Positions 1 through 8,034 of a DNA stretch of 64,000 nt are shown here, piece by piece. The position numbers were made by a program, and so were the translations under genes. Numbering within the stretch: the first letter of the stretch is position 1; every line of letters starts with the position of its first letter. The DNA comes from an uncultured virus (IMG/VR IMGVR_UViG_3300035190_000132) (Duplodnaviria > Heunggongvirae > Uroviricota > Caudoviricetes). The stretch lies in IMG/VR virus record IMGVR_UViG_3300035190_000132. One strand, 5' to 3'. A model generated the notes under the pieces. The model made no database searches. It was not told the origin of the DNA and was given only the letters and a program-made list of their open reading frames with translations.

Positions 1-190
1 GAATATAACTACAACATCAAGCCCGATACAAGTTGGCGCATCAACTACTTGGTCTAAAGTAACTAGTTTAAATGGCGCTACAGTGGCAATAGGATAACGT
101 AATGGCAACAGCACTCGTATCAGGCGTCCAATACTCAGGTATCTGGAACATCAGCAGTCAAGCCAATGCTAAGGCGGCGGGGACTTGGCC
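1..190. repeat. Direct repeat shared with 62663-62852 (circular/terminal overlap)
   Basis: 1-190 matches 62663-62852 except one substitution (128 C vs 62790 T); the sequences diverge right after GGGACTTGGCC. Confidence 0.95.
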
Positions 191-1253
191 GATTGCATAC
201 AATACTTTTTCTTTGTATTCATGGGGATGGAATGCTCAAGGTCAATTGGGGTTAGGAAACACTACTTCCTACTCTTCACCCAAGCAGGTTGGATCATTGA
301 CTGATTGGCTTGCGACAGCAGGTGGGGCTAGATTTACCACAGCCACCAAAGGCAACGGAACTCTTTGGGCATGGGGCCAAGGCGCTTACGGTGCTCTTGG
401 TCTTGGCAATACAACTTATTATTCATCACCAAAGCAAATTGGTGCTTTAACTAATTGGCTTTATATAGCTAGTGGAAATTATCATGCACTAGCTATTACG
501 AATGCTGGTGCGCTTTACGCATGGGGGTATAATTCATTTGGACAACTGGGTGATGGCACTACAACCAATAGATCATCACCTGTACAAATTGGTGCTTTAT
601 CTAATTGGCTTTATATAGCGGGTGGGCAGTATCACACTGTAGCAACTAAAACTGACGGAACTTTGTGGTCTTGGGGTCAGGGTGGATATGGTGCATTAGG
701 TCTTGGAAACACCACAAATTACTCATCTCCAAAACAAGTGGGATCATTAACAAATTGGCGTTATGTAACGACTGGTTCTAATTTTACTTTGGCATCAAAA
801 ACTGATGGCACATTGTGGGCTTGGGGTCAAGGTAACGAAGGCCCATTAGGTATAGGTAATGTTACTAATTATTCCTCGCCCAAACAAATTGGTGGTTTAT
901 CAAATTGGTTGAAAATTTCTGCGGGCGGTTACTCCAGCATGGCCTCTAAAACAGATGGCACTTTGTGGTCTTGGGGTTGGAACAATGGTGGACGACTAGG
1001 CTTAGGTGACACAACTAGCCGCTCCAGTCCAGTGCAAATAGGTGCGCTTACAACATGGGCAAATATTGCCATGGGTACTAACCTTTCTATGGCAACTAAA
1101 ACAGACGGAACTTTATGGTCTTGGGGTGATAACTCAAATGGTCAGCTTGGTCTTGGTAATATAACCAATTACTCAAGTCCAAAACAGGTGGGTGCAAGCA
1201 CATCATGGGGAGCCATTGACGGTGGTTTTAACAACGCTATTGCTCTAGGATAA
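102..1253 (+). CDS. RCC1/BLIP-II repeat beta-propeller protein, putative receptor-binding/tail appendage (allele 1)
   Basis: Seven ~51-aa repeats of WGxxxxGQLGLGNTTxYSSPKQVG...KTDGTLW; first 30 aa identical to 62764-63939. Confidence 0.85.
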   Translation: MATALVSGVQYSGIWNISSQANAKAAGTWPIAYNTFSLYSWGWNAQGQLGLGNTTSYSSPKQVGSLTDWLATAGGARFTTATKGNGTLWAWGQGAYGALGLGNTTYYSSPKQIGALTNWLYIASGNYHALAITNAGALYAWGYNSFGQLGDGTTTNRSSPVQIGALSNWLYIAGGQYHTVATKTDGTLWSWGQGGYGALGLGNTTNYSSPKQVGSLTNWRYVTTGSNFTLASKTDGTLWAWGQGNEGPLGIGNVTNYSSPKQIGGLSNWLKISAGGYSSMASKTDGTLWSWGWNNGGRLGLGDTTSRSSPVQIGALTTWANIAMGTNLSMATKTDGTLWSWGDNSNGQLGLGNITNYSSPKQVGASTSWGAIDGGFNNAIALG

Positions 1254-1264
1254 AAATTTTTTCA

Positions 1265-1307
1265 AAGGAGTCTTAAATGACACATTATGTACAAGTCCTC
1301 AATGGTG
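1265..1307. repeat. Direct repeat identical to 63958-64000
   Basis: AAGGAGTCTTAAATGACACATTATGTACAAGTCCTCAATGGTG present at both positions (43 nt). Confidence 0.95.
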
Positions 1308-1327
1308 AGGTCAAACAAGTGATATAA
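1277..1327 (+). pseudogene. Truncated 5' copy of the 1942-2331 gene ([16 protein letters not shown])
   Basis: AAGGAG RBS then ATG 1277; peptide parallels MTHYVQVIGNEIKQV at 1942; stop at 1325-1327 at the endonuclease junction. Confidence 0.8.
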
Positions 1328-1328
1328 T
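1320..1328 (+). promoter_or_regulatory. Extended -10 promoter (TGnTATAAT) for the GIY-YIG gene, possibly leaderless
   Basis: TGATATAAT at 1320-1328; ATG at 1335 lies at the expected start distance with no RBS. Confidence 0.55.
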
Positions 1329-1334
1329 GTGTGC

Positions 1335-1931
1335 ATGGACGCACACTACTGTTACTACATTTACGCTTATCTACGGGATGACGGGACTCCTTATTACATA
1401 GGAAAAGGGAAAGGCAGGCGCTTACGAGCACCGCACAAGAAGAACATTGCCGTTCCCAAGAATCGTACAAGAATTGTTTTGATGGAATCTAATTTGTCGG
1501 AAGTTGGTGCACTGGCGTTGGAACGCAGATACATTGATTGGTACGGTAGAAAAGATATTGGCACAGGGATATTAAGAAATTTGACTGATGGTGGAGAAGG
1601 TCAGTCTGGGCGGGTTTTATCTGAAGACCACAAGGCAAAGATAAAAGCGTCATTGATTAAGAATGCTTTTTGGATTGGCAAAATAGTTCCAGATGATGTG
1701 CGGCAAAAGATGTCGGTTGGAAGAACTGGAATGAAGTTATCCGAGGAGCATAAAAACAACATTCGTCAGTCTTTGCTTGGTAAAATTAAATCTGAAGAAA
1801 CAAGGTTGAAGTTGAGCCAAGCAAACAAAGGCAAACCAAGCAACCGCAAGGGTGTTAAAGTTTCCGATGAAACAAGGCAACGAATGATTGAAGCTCGAAA
1901 CAAAAGAGTTTTGAAAACTGTTAATTTTTAA
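1335..1931 (+). CDS. GIY-YIG homing endonuclease with NUMOD3-type repeats
   Basis: YYIYAY...[20 protein letters not shown] motifs; C-terminal SEEHK/SEETR/SDETR repeats. Confidence 0.88.
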   Translation: MDAHYCYYIYAYLRDDGTPYYIGKGKGRRLRAPHKKNIAVPKNRTRIVLMESNLSEVGALALERRYIDWYGRKDIGTGILRNLTDGGEGQSGRVLSEDHKAKIKASLIKNAFWIGKIVPDDVRQKMSVGRTGMKLSEEHKNNIRQSLLGKIKSEETRLKLSQANKGKPSNRKGVKVSDETRQRMIEARNKRVLKTVNF

Positions 1932-1941
1932 GGAGTAAGTT

Positions 1942-2331
1942 ATGACACACTATGTCCAAGTAATTGGGAACGAAATTAAACAAGTATGGGACACACCTCC
2001 CGCAGAAGGCGTAGGCAACAACGGCTGGCGCAACGCTGTCGAAGTTCGTCCTGCCATTCAAGCTGGTCGCCAAGGCTACACAGCCCACCGCTTTGACTTG
2101 AACGCTGACCCCGTGCAGATCATCTGGGACACCTACGAAATCTCCGTAGATGACCGCAAAGGTGGCATGAAGTCTAACGCTGGCTTTGAGTTCCAGATGG
2201 TTGTGAACCAACAGGCTCGTAACCCTGCGACTTATGATGCCGCTGCCATTGAAACTGCTCGTCAGGCTATGGTTGCCAAGCAAGCCGCAATTGATGCCTG
2301 CACTACGCACGACCAGCTTGACGCTCTGTGA
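1942..2331 (+). CDS. Hypothetical protein, possibly tail-fibre associated
   Basis: AAGGAG RBS; position downstream of the RCC1 genes. Confidence 0.6.
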   Translation: MTHYVQVIGNEIKQVWDTPPAEGVGNNGWRNAVEVRPAIQAGRQGYTAHRFDLNADPVQIIWDTYEISVDDRKGGMKSNAGFEFQMVVNQQARNPATYDAAAIETARQAMVAKQAAIDACTTHDQLDAL

Positions 2332-2894
2332 AGCTCAATCTTGGCTGTGGATATAACAAGCTAGACGGCTACATCAATGTAGACCATGACCCTCTATGCA
2401 ATCCTGATATGGTTGCAGACCTAGAGGGTACGCTCCCATTTGAAGACAGCACGGTTGATGAGATCGTGTTGTCTCATGTGCTTGAGCATCTTGGGCAGGA
2501 CACCAAGACATACCTCAATATCTGGCGCGAGTTCTATCGTGTGCTAAAAGATGGTGGCAAGGTTCATATTGTCGTACCCCACCACAATCACGACAACTTT
2601 CACCACGACCCTACCCATGTTCGCAAAGTCACGCCTCTTGGGGTTGATATGTTCAGCCAAGAGAGAAACATGGAAACTATCCGCACTGGTGGTCAAGAGA
2701 CTACGCTAGGGTTACAGGTAGGGATTGACATTGGTGTAACGGAAGTTGGCTACGATCTGACCCCTTGGTTTCAACAGCATGTTGCAGGAAAACCACAGGA
2801 TTGGGCAGAGCGTGAGTTGAATAAGTACAACAACACTTGTTTTCAGGTGAAAATAAATGCCCAAGCATTTAAACCACCAAGGAGCAAAAGATGA
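2328..2894 (+). CDS. Class I SAM-dependent methyltransferase (Methyltransf_11-like)
   Basis: KLNLGCG motif I, LPFED, SHVLEH, RVLKDGG, DPTH. Confidence 0.88.
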   Translation: MKLNLGCGYNKLDGYINVDHDPLCNPDMVADLEGTLPFEDSTVDEIVLSHVLEHLGQDTKTYLNIWREFYRVLKDGGKVHIVVPHHNHDNFHHDPTHVRKVTPLGVDMFSQERNMETIRTGGQETTLGLQVGIDIGVTEVGYDLTPWFQQHVAGKPQDWAERELNKYNNTCFQVKINAQAFKPPRSKR

Positions 2895-3679
2895 AACGAA
2901 TCTTAGTTATGGGTCTGCCCGGCGCAGGTAAGACCACCCTAGCCCAGCAAATTCTTGACCACTTGCAAAACGAACGCAAGACAGTCATGTGGCTCAACGC
3001 CGATGATGTGCGTAAGAAATACAACGACTGGGACTTCTCCCACGAAGGCCGTATTCGCCAGAGCCTACGGATGCGTGAGCTTGCTGACAGCTACGATGTG
3101 GACTATGTGATCTGCGACTTTGTTGCTCCCCTTGTAGAGATGCGTAACAACTTCAAAGCTGACTGGACTATCTGGGTTGACACCATTGACCAAGGTCGTT
3201 TTGAGGATACCAACAAGGTGTTCATTCCTCCGAAAGAATATGACTTCAGGATCACTGAGCAAAAGTCTGAACAGTGGGGCGAGTTTGTTGCAGCGCATAT
3301 CCTAGATGACCGCCGCCGTCCTGTATTTGACTGGCAAAAAGAGACAGTCCAGATGCTTGGCAGATGGCAACCGTGGCATGCAGGCCACCGTAAGCTGTTT
3401 GAACGGGCATTGGCTAAGACTGGTCAGGTCGTTATCCAGATCAGAGACTGCCAAGGCTGGAACGGTTCTAACCCGTTTGCCGCCAATCAGGTTAAAGAGT
3501 TTATTAGCCGTGATCTAGACACTTTGTACCAAGGTCAGTACGAGGTTCAACTGGTTCCCAATATTGTCAACATTACCTACGGGCGCGATGTTGGATACAA
3601 GATTGAGCAGGAATCTTTTGACGATGCTACCCACGCTATCTCGGCAACCAAGATACGCAAAGAGATGGGAATTGAATAA
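2891..3679 (+). CDS. Adenylylsulfate-kinase-like P-loop kinase fused to a nucleotidyltransferase-like domain
   Basis: GLPGAGKT P-loop, NADDVR, DFVAP; C-terminal GRWQPWHAGH (HxGH) and ISATKIR. Confidence 0.8.
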   Translation: MKRILVMGLPGAGKTTLAQQILDHLQNERKTVMWLNADDVRKKYNDWDFSHEGRIRQSLRMRELADSYDVDYVICDFVAPLVEMRNNFKADWTIWVDTIDQGRFEDTNKVFIPPKEYDFRITEQKSEQWGEFVAAHILDDRRRPVFDWQKETVQMLGRWQPWHAGHRKLFERALAKTGQVVIQIRDCQGWNGSNPFAANQVKEFISRDLDTLYQGQYEVQLVPNIVNITYGRDVGYKIEQESFDDATHAISATKIRKEMGIE

Positions 3680-3896
3680 GTACCATGTGCGCTTTAACAC
3701 CAAGCACAACGGCTCCGACTTGGTGTGGCGCATATTTGAAAATGGTGCTGAACACCTCGCCTCCGATGTAAGAATCGTTGGTGAGACTTTCACGGAGTGT
3801 ACTCACGAGCACGGCGAAACCAAGTGGAACATAGCCTGTAAAGGCAGACTGGTCTGGGTGGATAAAGTAGCTGTGATCGTGACAGACAAGGACTAG
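3672..3896 (+). CDS. Hypothetical protein
   Basis: TTG start overlapping the upstream stop region; fills the operon gap. Confidence 0.6.
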   Translation: MNKYHVRFNTKHNGSDLVWRIFENGAEHLASDVRIVGETFTECTHEHGETKWNIACKGRLVWVDKVAVIVTDKD

Positions 3897-3898
3897 GT

Positions 3899-4342
3899 AT
3901 GTTTAGTACGGTTGTCTTTACAAATGGGTGTTTTGATTTGCTTCACCGTGGGCATATTGAGTATTTAAAGGCATCTAAAGAACTGGGGACTAAGTTAATT
4001 GTTGGCCTAAACTCAGATGCTTCTGTTCAGAAACTAAAGCCCGGCAGACCTATTAACAATCAGGATGATCGCAAAGCCGTGCTGCTGGCGCTTCGCTGGG
4101 TAGATGATGTAATCATCTTTGATGAGCCGACACCGCTCCAGTTAATTCACAGATTAAAGCCTCACATCATTACAAAAGGTGGTGATTACAGACCTGAGCA
4201 GGTTGCTGGGTTCACTTTAGTCAAGCGGGTAGTTATCATCCCGTTTTTAGATGGCTATTCATCAACAAGGATAATCAATGCAACTCAAGGGTATCGTAAA
4301 CAAGGGCTGGGGGTCGGAGCTAATCTGGGCTACCAACGATAA
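3899..4342 (+). CDS. Heptose-1-phosphate adenylyltransferase (HldE/RfaE domain II-like)
   Basis: VFTNGCFDLLHRGH, VGLNSDAS, KGGDY, YSSTRII. Confidence 0.9.
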   Translation: MFSTVVFTNGCFDLLHRGHIEYLKASKELGTKLIVGLNSDASVQKLKPGRPINNQDDRKAVLLALRWVDDVIIFDEPTPLQLIHRLKPHIITKGGDYRPEQVAGFTLVKRVVIIPFLDGYSSTRIINATQGYRKQGLGVGANLGYQR

Positions 4343-4631
4343 ATACTGCGGGAAGTTAATGACTTTCCGCAAGGGTGCTAAGTTTTCTATGCACTTCCAC
4401 GCTGAGAAAGATGAGACTTGGCTAGTCCAAAGTGGTCTATTCAAGGTTATTTGGATTGACACCAAAGATGCCAGCCGCCATGAAAAGATACTCAACGTAG
4501 GGGATACATGGCACAACCCACCATTACTCCCTCACCAGCTAGTTTGCCTAGCAGCAGGTGTGATCTTGGAAGTCTCAACTGCTGATTCCGTAGAAGACAA
4601 CTATCGAGTTGAGCCGGGAGACAGCCAATGA
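4278..4631 (+). CDS. Cupin-fold sugar isomerase-like protein
   Basis: KGWGSE, SMHFHAEKDETW, PHQL, EVST..D.YRV. Confidence 0.8.
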   Translation: MQLKGIVNKGWGSELIWATNDKYCGKLMTFRKGAKFSMHFHAEKDETWLVQSGLFKVIWIDTKDASRHEKILNVGDTWHNPPLLPHQLVCLAAGVILEVSTADSVEDNYRVEPGDSQ

Positions 4632-4936
4632 AATACATGGTTGATATTGACGGCACTATCTGTAACAGCCCATCTAGCAACTATTCAGAGTCAATGCCTA
4701 TTGTGCAGCGCATTACTAAGATTAACGAGCTATTTGACCAAGGCAATGAGATCCATTACTGGACTGCCCGGGGCGGCAATAGTGGTAAAGATTGGTCTGA
4801 ATTTACTAAAGTACAACTTGCTTACTGGGGCTGCAAGTACACCACTTTAAATTTCAACAAACCTACCTATGATATTTGGATAGATGACAAGGCAATAGAA
4901 GCGGAGGCTTACTTTGAACATTCTAGTAATTGGTGA
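4628..4936 (+). CDS. Small HAD-superfamily phosphatase
   Basis: DIDGT motif I, WTAR motif II, KP..D.WIDDKA motifs III/IV. Confidence 0.85.
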   Translation: MKYMVDIDGTICNSPSSNYSESMPIVQRITKINELFDQGNEIHYWTARGGNSGKDWSEFTKVQLAYWGCKYTTLNFNKPTYDIWIDDKAIEAEAYFEHSSNW

Positions 4937-5624
4937 TGTTTGTATAGATGAGTACAGATACGGTGAAATCCGGAGAGTAAATCCAGAATCCACTGCGCCG
5001 TTGTTGAACTTTGAGGATAGCGAAGAGAAGATGGGTATGGCGTTTAACGTAGCCCAGAATCTTAAGGCATTTGGGGCTAATGTCACCCTGTCCGTTAGTG
5101 AGGAGATCTCGCGCAAGATCAGGTACATAGACCGCAGGACGGGGGAACATCTACTCAGAGTAGATCATGATGTGCGAGCCAAGCCATATAAAACCGGCAG
5201 TAAGTACTTTTTCGATGCCATAGTTATCTCTGACTATGATAAGGGTTTTATAACTGACGAAGTTATCTGGAAGTTTCGTCAGAAGTTTCGTGGGCCAATC
5301 TACATGGATACCAAGAAGAAGAACTTGGCAGACTTTCCCGGCATTTACATCAAGATTAACCAGCGGGAACTGTACGAATCTACGTCTATCCCAGATCCAG
5401 AACATTTAATTGTTACCTACGGGGCTAAGGGATGTGGATATAAAGAATCACTCTACCCGGCTAAGGTGATAGAAGTTGTGGATGTTTGCGGGGCAGGGGA
5501 CGTATTCCTAGCAGCTATGGTCTACAAGCATTTAGAAACTGGCGACATGGGCCAAGCTTTGCCGTTTGCCAATGAGAAAGCGGCAATATCTTGCCAGAGC
5601 ATAGGGGCTGTATGCGTATCTTAA
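4914..5624 (+). CDS. PfkB-family heptose-7-phosphate kinase (HldE/RfaE domain I-like)
   Basis: ILVIGDVCIDEY, ISDYDKG, DVCGAGDVF. Confidence 0.88.
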   Translation: MNILVIGDVCIDEYRYGEIRRVNPESTAPLLNFEDSEEKMGMAFNVAQNLKAFGANVTLSVSEEISRKIRYIDRRTGEHLLRVDHDVRAKPYKTGSKYFFDAIVISDYDKGFITDEVIWKFRQKFRGPIYMDTKKKNLADFPGIYIKINQRELYESTSIPDPEHLIVTYGAKGCGYKESLYPAKVIEVVDVCGAGDVFLAAMVYKHLETGDMGQALPFANEKAAISCQSIGAVCVS

Positions 5625-6367
5625 TTACTGGATACAAAGGGTTTATTGGCCAGAACATGGTCAAAGCCCTGTCAGATCACGACCTAGATCTGTGTGAATG
5701 GGGTGATGAGTATTCCCTCTATGGAATAGATAGGGTTATCCATCTGGGTGCCATCTCAGATACGCGCTGTAATGACTGGGTGGCACTGCGTAAACAAAAC
5801 GTAGGGTTTACTATTACTTTAATGGAACGGTGCCAGCTGTACAAAATCCCGCTTCAAATTGCATCTTCTGCCTCTGTGTACGGCCCAAACAATGCAACTT
5901 TTAAAGAGGATGACCCAGTAGTGCCGGCTAATCTTTATGCCGAATCAAAGCATTTGATTGAACGGTACTTTCAAATGATGAGTCCTATATCTCCAGTTCA
6001 GATCTTTAGGTACTTTAACGTCTATGGCCCGCATGAGGATCACAAAGGGGATCAGGCCTCGCCATTCCACAAGTTTCGCGAGCAAGCAAAGACGGGATGT
6101 ATTAAAATCTTTGAAGGTAGTGAGGACTTTAAACGCGACTTTATTCATGTGGATCGGGTCATTGATGTTCACAAGAAGTTCTTTAAGATCCCTGAGTCTG
6201 GAATATGGAATGTTGGGACTGGCCAGACTATGTCATTTGCGGATGTGGCTCGCTTGGCAGCAGATGAATTTTCAGCCAAAATAGAGATTATTCCGATGCC
6301 TATATTAAATGGGTATCAAAAATATACGTGTGCTGACATGACCAAACTGAACAGGACGCTGAAATGA
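5612..6367 (+). CDS. hldD: ADP-L-glycero-D-manno-heptose-6-epimerase-like NAD-dependent epimerase
   Basis: ITGYKGFIG, HLGAISDT, ASSASVYG, YAESK, RYFNVYGPHEDHKG, RDFIHV, YQKYTCAD. Confidence 0.85.
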   Translation: MRILITGYKGFIGQNMVKALSDHDLDLCEWGDEYSLYGIDRVIHLGAISDTRCNDWVALRKQNVGFTITLMERCQLYKIPLQIASSASVYGPNNATFKEDDPVVPANLYAESKHLIERYFQMMSPISPVQIFRYFNVYGPHEDHKGDQASPFHKFREQAKTGCIKIFEGSEDFKRDFIHVDRVIDVHKKFFKIPESGIWNVGTGQTMSFADVARLAADEFSAKIEIIPMPILNGYQKYTCADMTKLNRTLK

Positions 6368-6376
6368 AGGGCATTA

Positions 6377-6664
6377 ATGCGCTGGCTCATTCTGTTAATG
6401 CTGTTAGGGCTAGTTGGAGCCGTAGCCAAGAATGGATGCCATGTGCGCGAGTTCTATGGAATTGGTTACACAATCCACAACCCCACAGAACGGCATCTTC
6501 AAATGGTGCTGTGGTTAAAGAACAATGCGCCTTATTGCAAATCCGAAGACTATGTGGTCATTTGGAACAACTTGCCTTCATGGGCGGGTACAGCGGATTC
6601 AGCAGAAACTAGAGGGCTAATACTTCGTGGATACAAAGATGCAGTTGATCGGGAAAAGAAGTGA
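6377..6664 (+). CDS. Hypothetical secreted/membrane protein
   Basis: Hydrophobic N-terminal signal-like segment. Confidence 0.6.
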   Translation: MRWLILLMLLGLVGAVAKNGCHVREFYGIGYTIHNPTERHLQMVLWLKNNAPYCKSEDYVVIWNNLPSWAGTADSAETRGLILRGYKDAVDREKK

Positions 6665-6900
6665 AGATCAGTTACGACAAATGGTATCCGGTGGTGCAGC
6701 CAAACCCACCAATGCAGTCCAAGGTGTTTGCCAAACGGGTGGAACGTTTAGACGCTGAGAGGGCGGTGCAGGCACAGATTGACCAGCAGGTGAAGAAGTT
6801 TCACCAATATGAGTATGAGATTTATGAATACAGGATGCGGCAGATCACAATAAACATTGACATCACAAACCTTAAACGCGAGATTGACAAACTTGTATGA
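6661..6900 (+). CDS. Hypothetical protein
   Basis: Overlapping start/stop coupling with both neighbours. Confidence 0.55.
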   Translation: MKISYDKWYPVVQPNPPMQSKVFAKRVERLDAERAVQAQIDQQVKKFHQYEYEIYEYRMRQITINIDITNLKREIDKLV

Positions 6901-7178
6901 CCAGAAAACCAACACAAACTCCAGTGAAACCTCAGATGGAGACAAAGGAAAAGCTGACGCTGTGGGTCACCCTCATGGTAAGCACAACCCTATGTATCTC
7001 CGTGTTGGCCATGGTGGTCAGCTTTATGCTGGGTCTGTGGGCCAAGGAAGTGGACAACGCAGAGATTTTCAAAATGATTTCACCCGCTTTTTCTACTCTT
7101 ATCGGCGGCATGATTGGGTTCCTGTCTGGTATCAAACTCATGCAGAACGATGACACTAAAAAGGATACAAAATGCTAG
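6897..7178 (+). CDS. Two-TM membrane protein (lysis cassette)
   Basis: Two hydrophobic helices; directly upstream of the holin. Confidence 0.65.
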   Translation: MTRKPTQTPVKPQMETKEKLTLWVTLMVSTTLCISVLAMVVSFMLGLWAKEVDNAEIFKMISPAFSTLIGGMIGFLSGIKLMQNDDTKKDTKC

Positions 7179-7579
7179 GACTAGACGCACTTCTACAAGT
7201 TGGTGGTAAGCTGATTGACAAGTTAATTCCTGATCCAGAAGCCAAAGCCAAGGCGCAGCTTGAGCTGGCCAAGATGGCTCAAGACGGCGAGCTGGCTAAG
7301 TTGGCCAATGAAACCAAGTTATATGAGGTTGAGCAAGAGAATGTCACCAGACGCACTGAAGCTGATATGTCCAGTGATTCTTGGCTGTCCAAGAACATAC
7401 GCCCAATGACATTAATCTTTTTGTTGGTAGCCTATTCTGGCTTTGCGATTGCTTCTATCTTTGAACTTGAGACTCGCGGAGCTTACGTTGAGCTGCTCGG
7501 CCAGTGGGGAATGCTGGTAATGTCGTTTTACTTTGGTGGCCGAACTATGGAAAAAATTGCAGATAGGGTGAAGAAATGA
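7172..7579 (+). CDS. Holin (3TM, GTA-holin-like)
   Basis: GGKLIDKLIPDP, SWLSKNIRP, FYFGGRTMEK; precedes the endolysin. Confidence 0.8.
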   Translation: MLGLDALLQVGGKLIDKLIPDPEAKAKAQLELAKMAQDGELAKLANETKLYEVEQENVTRRTEADMSSDSWLSKNIRPMTLIFLLVAYSGFAIASIFELETRGAYVELLGQWGMLVMSFYFGGRTMEKIADRVKK

Positions 7580-8004
7580 ATTTAACTGAACACTTTACAC
7601 TTGAAGAACTAACCCACACTGACCACCGCCAGTTTGACAATATCCCAAATGAAGCCGAACTTGAAAACCTCAAACGTCTTGCGGCCTTCCTTGAGGAGGT
7701 CAAAACTGCCTTGGGCGGAAGACCAATTATGGTTAACTCAGCTTTTCGCAGTAAGCAAGTTAATGATGCTGTGGGTTCTAAAGATACTAGCCAGCATCGC
7801 ATTGGTTGTGCTGTGGACATCAGAGTACCTCAACTAACACCAGATGAAGTAGTCAAAACCATCATTGCCTCTGGTTTACCTTACGACCAAGTGATACGTG
7901 AGTTTGATCGTTGGACGCATTTGAGCATTCCAAACGAGCCCAGCCGAGCACCTAGAAAACAAGCGTTAATCATCGACAAACAAGGCACTCGGCTGTATGC
8001 TTGA
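7576..8004 (+). CDS. Endolysin, peptidase M15A family
   Basis: HFTLEEL, NSAFRS, SQHRIGCAVD, WTHLS zinc-peptidase motifs. Confidence 0.88.
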   Translation: MNLTEHFTLEELTHTDHRQFDNIPNEAELENLKRLAAFLEEVKTALGGRPIMVNSAFRSKQVNDAVGSKDTSQHRIGCAVDIRVPQLTPDEVVKTIIASGLPYDQVIREFDRWTHLSIPNEPSRAPRKQALIIDKQGTRLYA

Positions 8005-8034
8005 TGCACACCCAAATTGATGGGAAAATAAGCT

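Noticed and set aside
1321..1941. Group I intron around the GIY-YIG gene
   Set aside because: The ORF fills almost the whole insert, leaving no room for a ribozyme core, and the downstream gene has its own RBS and start.
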